Shown piece after piece: positions 47,525 to 57,066 of a stretch of 64,000 bases of DNA; positions within the stretch are counted from its first letter, which is position 1, and every line of letters begins with the position of its first letter. Source of the DNA: Armatimonadota bacterium. GTDB lineage: Bacteria > Armatimonadota > SYMT01. A program made the position numbers and the translations under genes. Under the pieces are notes generated by a model. The model worked only from the letters and a program-made list of their open reading frames with translations, was not told where the DNA came from and did no database searches. The stretch spans positions 235,653 to 299,652 of the forward strand of contig JBKBRF010000002.1 in assembly GCA_046292385.1 (NCBI GenBank). The letters are read 5' to 3'.

Positions 47525-49609
47525 CTACTTCGGCCGGATCCCTCCGCGCTCCAGACGAAGCTTCCCGTCGCGGTCCTTGCCGCCGCGATCGTTCTTCTTC
47601 TGATTCTGCGGGCGCGCGCTGGGCGGTCCGGGAGGACCACTCTCCGGTCGCACCTGAACGGCGGGTCCGAACATGGCGCCGAACGGCTTCGGCTGGGTCC
47701 GGTCGCCGGAGTTCCGGGCGCCGACGGTGATAAAGATCGGCTCCCGAGCCCGGTTCGCCAGGCCGCTGATGTTGATCGTGCGGCTGACGGACATGGGACC
47801 GCCCTGATCGGAGGGCACCACGCGGAACGGACCGAACGTGCGGCGGCTTCCGCGACCGAAGTTCGGGTTGCGGCTCGCCCAGATCACGTAGGTGTCCGCC
47901 CCGGGCGTCTGCTGCCAGGTTACGTCGACAGCGCGCGGATCGACCTCCTGGTTCGCTACCACCGGCTCGCCGTCAATCGCGATTACGTTCGGCGGCACGA
48001 TAGCGGTCACCCAGGGAGTCGACTCGGAGAGCGGAGACATGATCTCGTCGCCCACGACAGGATCGGTGGGCAGATCTGAGTCGTCGTCTTCCCAGTTGTT
48101 CTGGTAGACGAAGGCGGTCGCCACTTGGTAGCGATAGGAGACGCCCGGGACGATGCCCGGGACCGCGGGGAACGTGGTGCGGCTGCCCGCGTCGCTTCCT
48201 GGCTGCCCGTCATAGGCGACGACGTCCCTCGTGGCTTCGGTATCGATGAAGCAGCGAGTGGAATCTGCGTCCACGCCGCCGACTACCTCGAAGGCACCCG
48301 TGGAGCTCAGGCGCCAGATGACGTAGCCGAGCACGTGGCTGCTGCTGAGCGACTTGGGGCGCTCCCAGCAGGTCCGGATCCGGGCGCCGGGGACGCCGAG
48401 GTCGGGCTGGAAGTTGAAGGCCGTGGAATCGTGCGGGCGGGTAGCGTTCTCACCGCCGCGTCCGCCGAGGGCCAGGAGACCGAGAAGCAGAAGGCCTCCT
48501 GCCGCAAGCTTCACGGCGTTGTTGCCCAGGATGCCGCGGCCCCGGCTGCTGCTCCGTTCGACGGCGGGCTCGTCGACGTCCACCACCACGGGCGGGGGAG
48601 TCTGGGGAGCATTCTGGGAGAGCACCAGGTCGGCATCCGCCGGCGCCCGCAGGTTTACGAAGCCGGCGTCCCGCTGCACCTTCGCCACGCGGGCGGGGCC
48701 GTCCGCTTCCGCGGCGCCCGGACGGGCGGCGGCGGGAAGCGGCGCCTCGGCGCTGGAGCGAAGCTGCGCGCGGGTCATCGGGAAGTCGGCGAAGTTGAAG
48801 ATCGCCCGCACCCGATCTTCCGGCTGCACGCCCTGAATGTTCTGGATGATCCGCCCGCGGCTCAGGTCGGCGTCGACCTGGGTGACGCGCACCCGGGCGA
48901 CCGGCTGGCGCAGCCGGGTGACGATCATCTCCATTCCGGGGCGCACGCCCTGGCGGGCGCCGATATTCATCAGCACCTCGAGGTCACCCTCTTCCACGTT
49001 CCGAACGGTGGTGTTGAGCACCGTACCGGACGGCAGGCGGAAGCGGTCCATGAACTCGCGCGCCTGGTAAGCGGCTTTGCCGATCGCTTCTTCCAGGAGG
49101 ATGTCGGCGTTACCGGAGAAGCCCATCCGGGCCGTGCTGCGTCCGCGGCCGATGGCGCCGCTGATCGGCACGCCGGTAGCGATGTCTTCCACGATCACGC
49201 GGACGGTCGCTTCCGCGTACGGGGTGGTGCCGTCCACCACGCGGGCTTCGGTAACGGTGCCGTAGAGCACCGCGGTGGCGTCCACGCCGCGAGCGATCGC
49301 CACCCGGTCGGGGCGATCGAAAGGAGGCTCCAGTCCGAGATCCTGGATCTGTCGCTGAACAAGCGATTCCGGAACCACCTCCCAGTTGGGGGATTCGGCG
49401 AGCTGCAGCGACACTTGCGCCGCGGCCGTCTTGCCCAGCAGCGCCCCGCCCACCGTCGTGCTGTTGTTGAAGTCCAGCACGTAGATGAGGGGGGTGGTCT
49501 GCTGCGCCTGCACGGGGGTGGCGGCGACGCCGAAATACGGCGCCACCATCAGCCCGGCCAGCACCCGGGCGAACCAGGTTCGCCGGATGCTACAGCGGAA
49601 GTACTTCAC
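47525..49609 (-). CDS. Exported protein: CsgG/FlgT-like N-terminus, internal TM helix, FN3-like C-terminus
   Basis: GTG 49609 with AGGAGG RBS; IYVLDF.N...IARGVDATAVLYGTV...DIATG; MNIGARQGVRPGM..VARVRVTQV (FlgT-C-like); LAAGGLLLLGLLAL; GYVIWR, SYRYQV. Confidence 0.65.
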   Translation of the reverse strand: MKYFRCSIRRTWFARVLAGLMVAPYFGVAATPVQAQQTTPLIYVLDFNNSTTVGGALLGKTAAAQVSLQLAESPNWEVVPESLVQRQIQDLGLEPPFDRPDRVAIARGVDATAVLYGTVTEARVVDGTTPYAEATVRVIVEDIATGVPISGAIGRGRSTARMGFSGNADILLEEAIGKAAYQAREFMDRFRLPSGTVLNTTVRNVEEGDLEVLMNIGARQGVRPGMEMIVTRLRQPVARVRVTQVDADLSRGRIIQNIQGVQPEDRVRAIFNFADFPMTRAQLRSSAEAPLPAAARPGAAEADGPARVAKVQRDAGFVNLRAPADADLVLSQNAPQTPPPVVVDVDEPAVERSSSRGRGILGNNAVKLAAGGLLLLGLLALGGRGGENATRPHDSTAFNFQPDLGVPGARIRTCWERPKSLSSSHVLGYVIWRLSSTGAFEVVGGVDADSTRCFIDTEATRDVVAYDGQPGSDAGSRTTFPAVPGIVPGVSYRYQVATAFVYQNNWEDDDSDLPTDPVVGDEIMSPLSESTPWVTAIVPPNVIAIDGEPVVANQEVDPRAVDVTWQQTPGADTYVIWASRNPNFGRGSRRTFGPFRVVPSDQGGPMSVSRTINISGLANRAREPIFITVGARNSGDRTQPKPFGAMFGPAVQVRPESGPPGPPSARPQNQKKNDRGGKDRDGKLRLERGGIRPK

Positions 49610-49665
49610 GGACGGATCCTCCTTCGCGATCAGCACGCGTGATGGCCGCGGGGAAGCGGAGCTCC

Positions 49666-52600
49666 TTACAGGAGCCGCGTACGCGCGGGCCGAGTTTCAT
49701 TCTGTTTCGGTTGTGCGGCGAGCGCACGGTGCCCTGGCGTACGGCTGCTGGGGCGGCGGCGGCCGGGGTTGCGGCTGCCGGAGAGCGAAGCCGCGGCCGT
49801 GGCCGCCGCACCCGGGAAGGTGCGGCGGACGGCGGTCGCGGTAGTGGAACGGGATCGGACGGCTGCCGCCGCCGGGGAGCCCGGCAGCGGAGAGTCGACC
49901 TGCGGGAGACGCGCCGTGCGGTTGCCGGTGAGGCCCGCGTCGGCCATACCGTTGGCCGGCGGCACGATCAGGGTGACCGCCTGGAACGCCCGCATGAAGT
50001 AGCCGGCAAACGGCTCCATGTAGTCGGACAGGTAGTACCGGTCCGAGTAGCCCCAGAGGCCGTTCTGGATGATGCCGTCGTCATACGCCTGCTGCATCGT
50101 CCGGATCGTGCCGTCCGGAGACATCACCTTCACGCGAAGCCACTCGACGCGGCGCTCCCGCACGCTGCCGATCATGTTCCAACCCGGCCGGACGGAGATA
50201 TTCACGTCTTCGTCCGGATCCGCCTGCGCGCCGCTGTTGGTGAAGGCGGTCGGGCGAGCGAAGCGGACGAACATCGCCCGTCCGAGGCGGAACTCGGCCG
50301 CGTCGCGATCCGGGTAGATCGCGTAGCGCCGGGAGTCGGGGAGCCAGTAGGCCGAGCGGAACTGGTTGCTCGGGATGCCCATCACCGAGGCCGCATCCTG
50401 GCCGCGGAAGTCATCAGGCAGCGAGACGAGGTGGAGTCCGGCGCCGAAGACGTGTCGGGGATCGAGCACGAAGTTCTGCGTCTGGCTCTGCTGCGGATTC
50501 ACGGTGATCGTGCGGGTCAGCGGCTTCCAGCCAGGCTTGCTGACGCGGAGGACGAAGGTCCCGAACCGATCCGTGAAGACCTCGTAGTTCACGACCGGGT
50601 TGCCGCTGCCGGTGTCGTTCGACTGGGCGGTGGCCACCGCGGGGCCGCCGTTCTGCGGCAGCACCTCGACGGTCACGCCGCCGATGAACGCCCCGTCGAC
50701 GCTGCTCCGGATCGTGCCGCTGATGCGGGACGGCGGAACGCGCTGCAGGAGGATCGTCGGCGCGGTGACGTTGTTCTCGACGAACACCTGGGTCCCGCCC
50801 GGCTGGTAGCCGAAGGCGGTGGCCTGGATGTCGTACAGCCCGCCCGCGAGCTGCGCGGTGGTGTAGCGGCCGTTCTGGTCCGTGCTGACGGTAGCCACCA
50901 CGTTGCCGCCGGGGTTGGCGGTGACGGTCACCGTCGCGTTGGCGATGAAGTCGCCGGGCGTATTGTCCGGCTTCAGCTCGCGCACAATACCGGTGATCGT
51001 GCCGGGCAGCGGCACCAGGTCGAAGTCCAGGCGGGTCGCCTGGCCTCCGGTGACGGTGAACGATTGCGTCACCGCCTGGTAGCGCGGATCGTTGACCCGC
51101 ACTTCGTAGGTGCCCTCCGGCAGATGCTCGTCCTGCTGGTTCGTGCCGCCGACGGTGTAGTTCATCTGGCCGCCGTCCGGCGCGCCGACGCTCGCCGCGA
51201 GGGACGGCGCGCTCTCGGCGATCTTCATGCTGCCGAACGGCGAGCTCGCCGGAGTCCAGAACTCCACCACCACTCCGCTGCGCAGCGCGCCGTCGATGGT
51301 GCGGCGGGTGAGGCCGAAGACCTGCCCGCGCGCGGCCCGGATCAGGACGATGTCGTCCAGGGTGGTGTCGCCGGCGACGAAGACGCCGCTGATCGTCCGC
51401 TCCGTGTGGCCGAACTTGCGCACGGTCACGGTATAAACGTCGCTCGGGATCGTCGGCGTGGCGTAGGTGCCGTCGGCGCCGGTGAGGACCGTGACGATCG
51501 CCACGCCCGGCTGCAGGCGCTCTGAGGTCACCACCACGGTAGCGCCTTCGAGCGGCCGGATCTGACCGTTGCCCGGATCCTCCAGCACGCGTCCACTCAG
51601 CTTGCCGTCCTTACCTTCCAGGAGAAGGACCGGGGCGGTAATAGGCGGGTCGCCCGTCACGTCCACGTTGACCTGCGCGTCTTTGAAGCGCGGGTGGTTG
51701 CGGAGCGCGATGGTGAACTCACCTTCCTGCGCGTCGGCGAACTTGTAGTTGTGGCGCACCGGCACGTCGAGGCCGGGGGCGAACACGTTGGTGTTCAGCC
51801 CCACCGCGAGCTGGCTGGACCGCCGCAGGAGCTGCAGGGTGACCGGGACTTCCAGATCGCGCGTCTGCAGCTCGACGTTGTCGATCTTGCGCAGCGCGCG
51901 GCCGTAGATGTCGACCCGCTCCGCGGCAGCGAGGAGGATCTCCACGCTGCTCTGCTGCGGGATGTTCACCTGGGCCACGCCTTCCTGGCGGCCGAACTTG
52001 AACGCGGTCACCTGGTTGGGGCCCGCGGGCACGTTCTGCGCCACGTCGGCGTTCGGATCGTCGGCGGAGAAGAGCACTTCACCGTCGGCGCCGGTCGTGC
52101 CGGTCAGGCCGGCGATGACCGCCCCGTTCGGGTCGAGGATCGTCACCTCGGCGCCTTCCACGGGGTTCCCCTTCGTTCCGTCGGGCTTGGCTTCGAACAC
52201 CTTGACGGTGAGCGGACCGGACTGGCCCTCGATCTGGAAGTCGACGTTGGGCGTAGCCTGGGCCGGGTTCACCACTTCGGTGCGCGTCGGGCGGGTGCCG
52301 TTGATGAAGCCGAACCGTTCCGGCAGCGGATCCTCAATGGTCACCTCGTAGGTGCCCACCGGAGCGCTGGGAATGTTGTAAGTGCCGTCGGCGACCGTGG
52401 TGGCGCGGAATTCGCGCTGGCCAGTGTAGAGCGGCGAGGCCTGGAGCGTGGCCAGGATCTTCACGTCCGGCACCGGGCGGTTGAACTGGTCCGTCACCTT
52501 ACCGGAGATGGAGCCGGGCGCCGCCGGGGTGAGGAAGACGTCTTCCGATACCTGGTCGAGACCGTGCGCGCCATTACCGGTCGACTTCTGGAAGGCGAGG

Positions 52601-55600
52601 AAACCGGGATTCTCTACCGTAATGTTCCAGCCGCCCACCGGGAGACCGCGGATGGCGTAGGTGCCGTCCGCCCGGGTGAAGGCACTGCCGACGATGGTGT
52701 TGCCTCGCATCGCCTTGACGAAGGCTCCGGCAATCGGCGCTCCGCCGCTCAGGTTTCGCACCTGGCCCACCAGGTCCACGCTGAACATCCAGCAGAACAT
52801 GGCGTGGCTGACCTTCTGCCGGTAGTTCATGCTGACGAGCGCACCGTCCTCGTCCGGAGCCGAATAGCGGCGCCCGAAGCTGGCGAGGCTGAACGACATG
52901 AACACCGTCTTGGACCGGCTTCCTGCGTCGTCCCGTGCGACCATGCGTTGGGGCGCGATCTCTTCCCAGCCGGCGCGCGCCTGAATGGCGTCCTGGGTCC
53001 GGAACGGCGTGCTGTCGGTGGCCGTGTGCGAATCGTGGCTGAATCCGTTGAAGAACGGGTTAGGAACCGTGGCGTACCAGCTCGTGGGCGTACCCAGAAT
53101 CGCGGGTTGATAGATGCCCGTCCACCACGGGGGCCCGACGCCGGGACGGAAGTTCTGATCCGCAGCGTCCATGATGATCGCCTGGGCCAGCGGTCCGCCC
53201 AGGTTGAACGCCTGGAAGTTGCCGTACGTCTCGTCCGCAAGGAAGTTGACGCCGAGTACGTCCTGGACGAACTGCTGCTGTACCTGACCGTTGACGGTAA
53301 GCGCCCATACAATATCCCCACCCGCGATCACGAGGCGTCCACCGCGATTGCGATACTTGGTGATCTCCTGCTGAGTCGCCTGGTCGAGAATGCTGCCGGA
53401 GCCCATGAAGATGTCGCCGGTGTAGGGCGAATTCCACACGATGGCCCGGCGGGGCACCGGCTGCTGCTCCGTCACGCTGCCCGTGATGGTACGAGGCTGC
53501 TCGTCGAAGGTCGGCAGATAGGAGTTGAAGACGGTTTCCGGCACCGCGCCCTTGGCAAGCACACGCCAGAAGTCGTAGGTGTAAATCGACAGATAGCCGC
53601 GGTTTTCGACCCCGCCCACGTACTGGATGCGCCGATAGGGGGTAGCGGCGCCCGCCAGGAAGGGGTGTACCTGGTTCGTAACCTCGAACGCCGTCGCGCC
53701 AGGATCCGCGATGTCGAACAGGTCGTACGGCGGCAGCGGATTGCCGTTCGCATCTACCTGCGTATGCCTTACCTCGCGGGTGTAGTAGGTCAGGTCGCGG
53801 TCGATTACTTCGGACTCGGTGCCATACCGGAACTCGGCGAACGGGCGGAAGGCGCCCTTCAGCCCGCGCGGCCACTTTTGGCCAGGACCGTAGTCATCCA
53901 CATAGAGCACCGGATTCGTGGAAACGAACGGTTGGGTGCTGAAGCCCCAGATGTTGTCGTAGATGATCCAGTTGTGCTTGAAGGTCGGGTTCTGCGGATT
54001 CTCGGCCTTGTCGTAGGCGATCAGGTCGACATAGTAGTCGCTCGGATCGTTCGGTGTGACCCACGAGGCGGAGAAGATGCCGTCGCCGGCAACCTGGTCC
54101 GGAGCGCGTCCGTCGTCTTCCAACTTCAGCCAGCGAGCATTGCCGTTCGCGTCGACTGGGGGCTGGTTGAATACGCCGGACCAGCGCACGGCGTCGTCGA
54201 CGCCGGGATTGTAGCTGGCGTAGCGTGCACGGGAAAGGGCTACGAAGTCGTCCACCACCGGCTGGCGGAAGTACTGGTAGTCGCTTACTCCGACGCCGTC
54301 GTAGTCAGTTTCGAAGGCCTGGTGCAGCCAGTGAACGGGCGCATTGTTGTTGAACGTCGCCGGGTAAGTGTTGTTCAGCCGGGTGCGGGTCGGAGACGGG
54401 AAGCTGCCAACGCCGTACAGCTTGTGGTTGATCCCACGGGCGTCGGTGCTGGGGCCGTCCGGGTCCTTGATCTGGATCCAGACCGACTCTACCCCGTACT
54501 GGAGGTCCTTCACCTTGGCGTAGAAGTAGAACGTGTCCCCCGCGGTGCCGAGGCGCCGACCCGGATTCGGCAGCGGCGCGTTGGCGATATGGAGCGTTTC
54601 CCCCGTCTCGACGCCGGCATCGATGTAGGACGCCTTCTCGTCACCGATCGGGAAAAGGGTGGGCGGGGTGATGTCGGTCACCTCCGCGGCCCAGATGTCG
54701 GTGTCCCCCGCGGGAGCAACGAGCGGCGCCTGCAGATCGTTAACGTTGTTGTAGCGATTGCTCTGGAACGCGATGCGGTCGATCGGGTTCTGCGGCGGCA
54801 GACCGGCGGACCAGGTAGGGAACCGTTCGTCGGTCTGGTTCAGCGGCACGGCGCCCGCGTTGGTGTCCGGCGTGAAGAGCCGGATCGGCACGTTGAACGC
54901 GCTCTCCTGCTGACCGTTATTGAAGTAGATGTCGTAGGTGATGCCGCCGTTCCGGTTCTTGGACGCCCACGCTACCCAGCCGCTGAAGCCGGCGGAGCCG
55001 AGGTTGATCGCCGGCTCCACGTCGTCCGCCGTGCTGGTGGTCACCTGGAAGGCGGCGCCGGTAAGCGGGAGGATGTAGAAGAGGTTGTGGTCCGTAACTG
55101 CGGTGGGCGCAGCGAGGTTCACCTGGCCACCCGCCACGCCGGCGGAGTTGGCTGCGACAATGATGCGCGGGTTGGCGGCGGTGCTGTTCGGGTCCACAAA
55201 CGGGTCGATGAACTCCACGCCGTTGGCGGGAGTGCCGTTGGTCACCTTGGTGACCACGCCGCTGATCAGATTGACCTTGTAGACGTTGCGGACGTCGTTC
55301 GCTACGCGCCGGTCCCGGGCCGCGAAATAGATGTGCCCATCGCCGGCCTCGAAGGTCGGCCGCTCCACGTTGACGATCTCGGCCGCCAGCGGGTTATTCA
55401 GCACGTTGATGCCGGTGTACTGGCGCCGCTGCCCGGTGAGGAAGTCGAGCACGAAGAGCTGGTACGGCTCGGCGAGCGAGGCCCGGCTCACGTAGGCCAT
55501 CAGCGTCTGACCGAAGCTCAGGGCCGGGAAGAGCTGGCTGTTCGGTGCTTCATCCGGGTAGTTGGCATTTACGCCGGTGATGCGCTGGATGAAGGCGCCG

Positions 55601-56094
55601 TCGCTCGTCATCCGGTAGATGTGGTACGGAGCGTTCCCGGGAGGCGCGGTCTTGCCATGCTCGGCCACGGCGTCGATGTTGTTCGACGCGAAGAAGATGT
55701 ACTGCTGGTCCCAGCTCCAGAACGGGTGCACTTCCTGCGACTTGGTGGAAGGGCCGACGAGCGGGGGACGGGGCAAGGTGGTGAGGTCGATGAACTGCGG
55801 CTGCGTCTCCGGCGGCTGCACGTTGGCGGGCCGAATCTTGCCCTCTAGCTCTGCCTGCTTGCTCGCCAACAGCGCATCGAACTCCTTCTGGGAGTAGCGC
55901 TGCAGCGGCAGGTTCGACAGCTCGTAGGAGCTCAGCGGCTTATCGCCGCGCCCCCGGACGGGTGCGGCGGGACCGCGCCCGCCCCTTCCCGCGGTCTGGG
56001 CGGCGGAGGCACAGATCAAGATGCCGGAAAAGAGGAGGGCAGCAATAAAGAGCGCAAGCGCGCGGCCCAGTTGGACAGAAGGACCCCGTTTCAA
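49666..56094 (-). CDS. Giant secreted protein (2142 aa): PD40/TolB-like propeller, about 8 carboxypeptidase-regulatory-like repeats, 'GWN' domain
   Basis: TTG start with GAGGAGG RBS; HPFWSWDQQYIFFASN and PTWS..RIAFQSNR; LEDDGRAPDQVAGDGIFS; repeated SG.V.D...P..GA.V...T..DG.Y; PGWNMIGS. Confidence 0.85.
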   Translation of the reverse strand: MKRGPSVQLGRALALFIAALLFSGILICASAAQTAGRGGRGPAAPVRGRGDKPLSSYELSNLPLQRYSQKEFDALLASKQAELEGKIRPANVQPPETQPQFIDLTTLPRPPLVGPSTKSQEVHPFWSWDQQYIFFASNNIDAVAEHGKTAPPGNAPYHIYRMTSDGAFIQRITGVNANYPDEAPNSQLFPALSFGQTLMAYVSRASLAEPYQLFVLDFLTGQRRQYTGINVLNNPLAAEIVNVERPTFEAGDGHIYFAARDRRVANDVRNVYKVNLISGVVTKVTNGTPANGVEFIDPFVDPNSTAANPRIIVAANSAGVAGGQVNLAAPTAVTDHNLFYILPLTGAAFQVTTSTADDVEPAINLGSAGFSGWVAWASKNRNGGITYDIYFNNGQQESAFNVPIRLFTPDTNAGAVPLNQTDERFPTWSAGLPPQNPIDRIAFQSNRYNNVNDLQAPLVAPAGDTDIWAAEVTDITPPTLFPIGDEKASYIDAGVETGETLHIANAPLPNPGRRLGTAGDTFYFYAKVKDLQYGVESVWIQIKDPDGPSTDARGINHKLYGVGSFPSPTRTRLNNTYPATFNNNAPVHWLHQAFETDYDGVGVSDYQYFRQPVVDDFVALSRARYASYNPGVDDAVRWSGVFNQPPVDANGNARWLKLEDDGRAPDQVAGDGIFSASWVTPNDPSDYYVDLIAYDKAENPQNPTFKHNWIIYDNIWGFSTQPFVSTNPVLYVDDYGPGQKWPRGLKGAFRPFAEFRYGTESEVIDRDLTYYTREVRHTQVDANGNPLPPYDLFDIADPGATAFEVTNQVHPFLAGAATPYRRIQYVGGVENRGYLSIYTYDFWRVLAKGAVPETVFNSYLPTFDEQPRTITGSVTEQQPVPRRAIVWNSPYTGDIFMGSGSILDQATQQEITKYRNRGGRLVIAGGDIVWALTVNGQVQQQFVQDVLGVNFLADETYGNFQAFNLGGPLAQAIIMDAADQNFRPGVGPPWWTGIYQPAILGTPTSWYATVPNPFFNGFSHDSHTATDSTPFRTQDAIQARAGWEEIAPQRMVARDDAGSRSKTVFMSFSLASFGRRYSAPDEDGALVSMNYRQKVSHAMFCWMFSVDLVGQVRNLSGGAPIAGAFVKAMRGNTIVGSAFTRADGTYAIRGLPVGGWNITVENPGFLAFQKSTGNGAHGLDQVSEDVFLTPAAPGSISGKVTDQFNRPVPDVKILATLQASPLYTGQREFRATTVADGTYNIPSAPVGTYEVTIEDPLPERFGFINGTRPTRTEVVNPAQATPNVDFQIEGQSGPLTVKVFEAKPDGTKGNPVEGAEVTILDPNGAVIAGLTGTTGADGEVLFSADDPNADVAQNVPAGPNQVTAFKFGRQEGVAQVNIPQQSSVEILLAAAERVDIYGRALRKIDNVELQTRDLEVPVTLQLLRRSSQLAVGLNTNVFAPGLDVPVRHNYKFADAQEGEFTIALRNHPRFKDAQVNVDVTGDPPITAPVLLLEGKDGKLSGRVLEDPGNGQIRPLEGATVVVTSERLQPGVAIVTVLTGADGTYATPTIPSDVYTVTVRKFGHTERTISGVFVAGDTTLDDIVLIRAARGQVFGLTRRTIDGALRSGVVVEFWTPASSPFGSMKIAESAPSLAASVGAPDGGQMNYTVGGTNQQDEHLPEGTYEVRVNDPRYQAVTQSFTVTGGQATRLDFDLVPLPGTITGIVRELKPDNTPGDFIANATVTVTANPGGNVVATVSTDQNGRYTTAQLAGGLYDIQATAFGYQPGGTQVFVENNVTAPTILLQRVPPSRISGTIRSSVDGAFIGGVTVEVLPQNGGPAVATAQSNDTGSGNPVVNYEVFTDRFGTFVLRVSKPGWKPLTRTITVNPQQSQTQNFVLDPRHVFGAGLHLVSLPDDFRGQDAASVMGIPSNQFRSAYWLPDSRRYAIYPDRDAAEFRLGRAMFVRFARPTAFTNSGAQADPDEDVNISVRPGWNMIGSVRERRVEWLRVKVMSPDGTIRTMQQAYDDGIIQNGLWGYSDRYYLSDYMEPFAGYFMRAFQAVTLIVPPANGMADAGLTGNRTARLPQVDSPLPGSPAAAAVRSRSTTATAVRRTFPGAAATAAASLSGSRNPGRRRPSSRTPGHRALAAQPKQNETRPARTRLL

Positions 56095-56239
56095 TTAATG
56101 AACCTCCTCGCCCTTGGGGAATTAGGACGAACCGAGATAGTGCGGAGTAATGCGGCCGGCGCCTGGCGCCCGGGCACGTAAGCACGCGCGGGGGCGCCAG
56201 CACCGGGACCGGCGTCTAAGAACCTCGTTAAGTTACCGC

Positions 56240-56947
56240 TTAGGACGCGGGTCTCCTCCTCGGTTTTGCCTGAGCACCGTGGGAGATGGGACTTTTTTCG
56301 GTTGGCGGTCGCCGGGACGCTGGGGAGACAAGCTCCCGCAGGGCGCTCCAGACCTCCCGAACCTCGGCCTGGGTCTGTAAAAGAGGAACGTCGCCGCGAA
56401 TTACATAGTCGGCGTGGGACAGCCGTTTAAAAAGTGGGATCTGGGACTTAATTCGGGCTTCTGCTTCGGCGGCGGACAGGCCTCGCTCGTGCGTTAGACG
56501 ATCAAGCTGCGATGAATGTTGCGTGGATACGACCAGGATTCTGTCAACTTGCGCTGCCCAGCCGGCTTCCAGCAGGACTGCGGCTTCCACTACTACCAGT
56601 CGGCTGCGGGGAGGCCGCTTCTGCAGCTCTCGCAGCTTCCCCCGCAGGCGCTCCGCGATCCGCGGGTGGGTGATCCGGTTCAGCGCCGCCAGAGCGGTCC
56701 GGTCCCCGAACACCCGGGCGCCCAGGGCCTTGCGATCCAGCTCTCCCGCCGGAGTCAGGAATCCGGCCCCGAACTCCCGCACCACCTCCGCCAGTCCGGG
56801 CTCTCCCGGCGCCAGCACTTCGTGCCCCAGCCGGTCGGCGTCGAGCACCACCGCGCCGAGCTCCGCGAAGAGCGCCGCGATGGTGCTCTTGCCGCTCGCT
56901 ATTCCTCCGGTCAACCCGGCGACTACCAGGGGAGGAAAGCGGAGCAT
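56240..56947 (-). CDS. coaE: Dephospho-CoA kinase
   Basis: GLTGGIASGKST, LDADRLGH, LDRKALG..VF, LNRITHP, RIKSQ; start 56947 (ATG) or 56968 (TTG). Confidence 0.95.
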   Translation of the reverse strand: MLRFPPLVVAGLTGGIASGKSTIAALFAELGAVVLDADRLGHEVLAPGEPGLAEVVREFGAGFLTPAGELDRKALGARVFGDRTALAALNRITHPRIAERLRGKLRELQKRPPRSRLVVVEAAVLLEAGWAAQVDRILVVSTQHSSQLDRLTHERGLSAAEAEARIKSQIPLFKRLSHADYVIRGDVPLLQTQAEVREVWSALRELVSPASRRPPTEKSPISHGAQAKPRRRPAS

Positions 56948-56981
56948 CTTTCTACGCAGCCCAACCAAGCGTTAGATCTAT

Positions 56982-57020
56982 AAAAAGGATGGACGTACCG
57001 GTCTGCCGGACGTCCATCCT
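56982..57020 (-). terminator. Intrinsic terminator downstream of rpsA
   Basis: AGGATGGACGT...ACGTCCATCCT stem followed by a T run on the minus strand. Confidence 0.85.
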
Positions 57021-57066
57021 CTCAAGCCGAGCCGCGCCGGGGCGCGACCTCCGAGCCGTGTGCGGG

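Noticed and set aside
47525..49609. Curli or flagellar locus
   Set aside because: Only a fold-level resemblance to CsgG/FlgT; no curlin repeats, csgE/F or flagellar genes are in the window.
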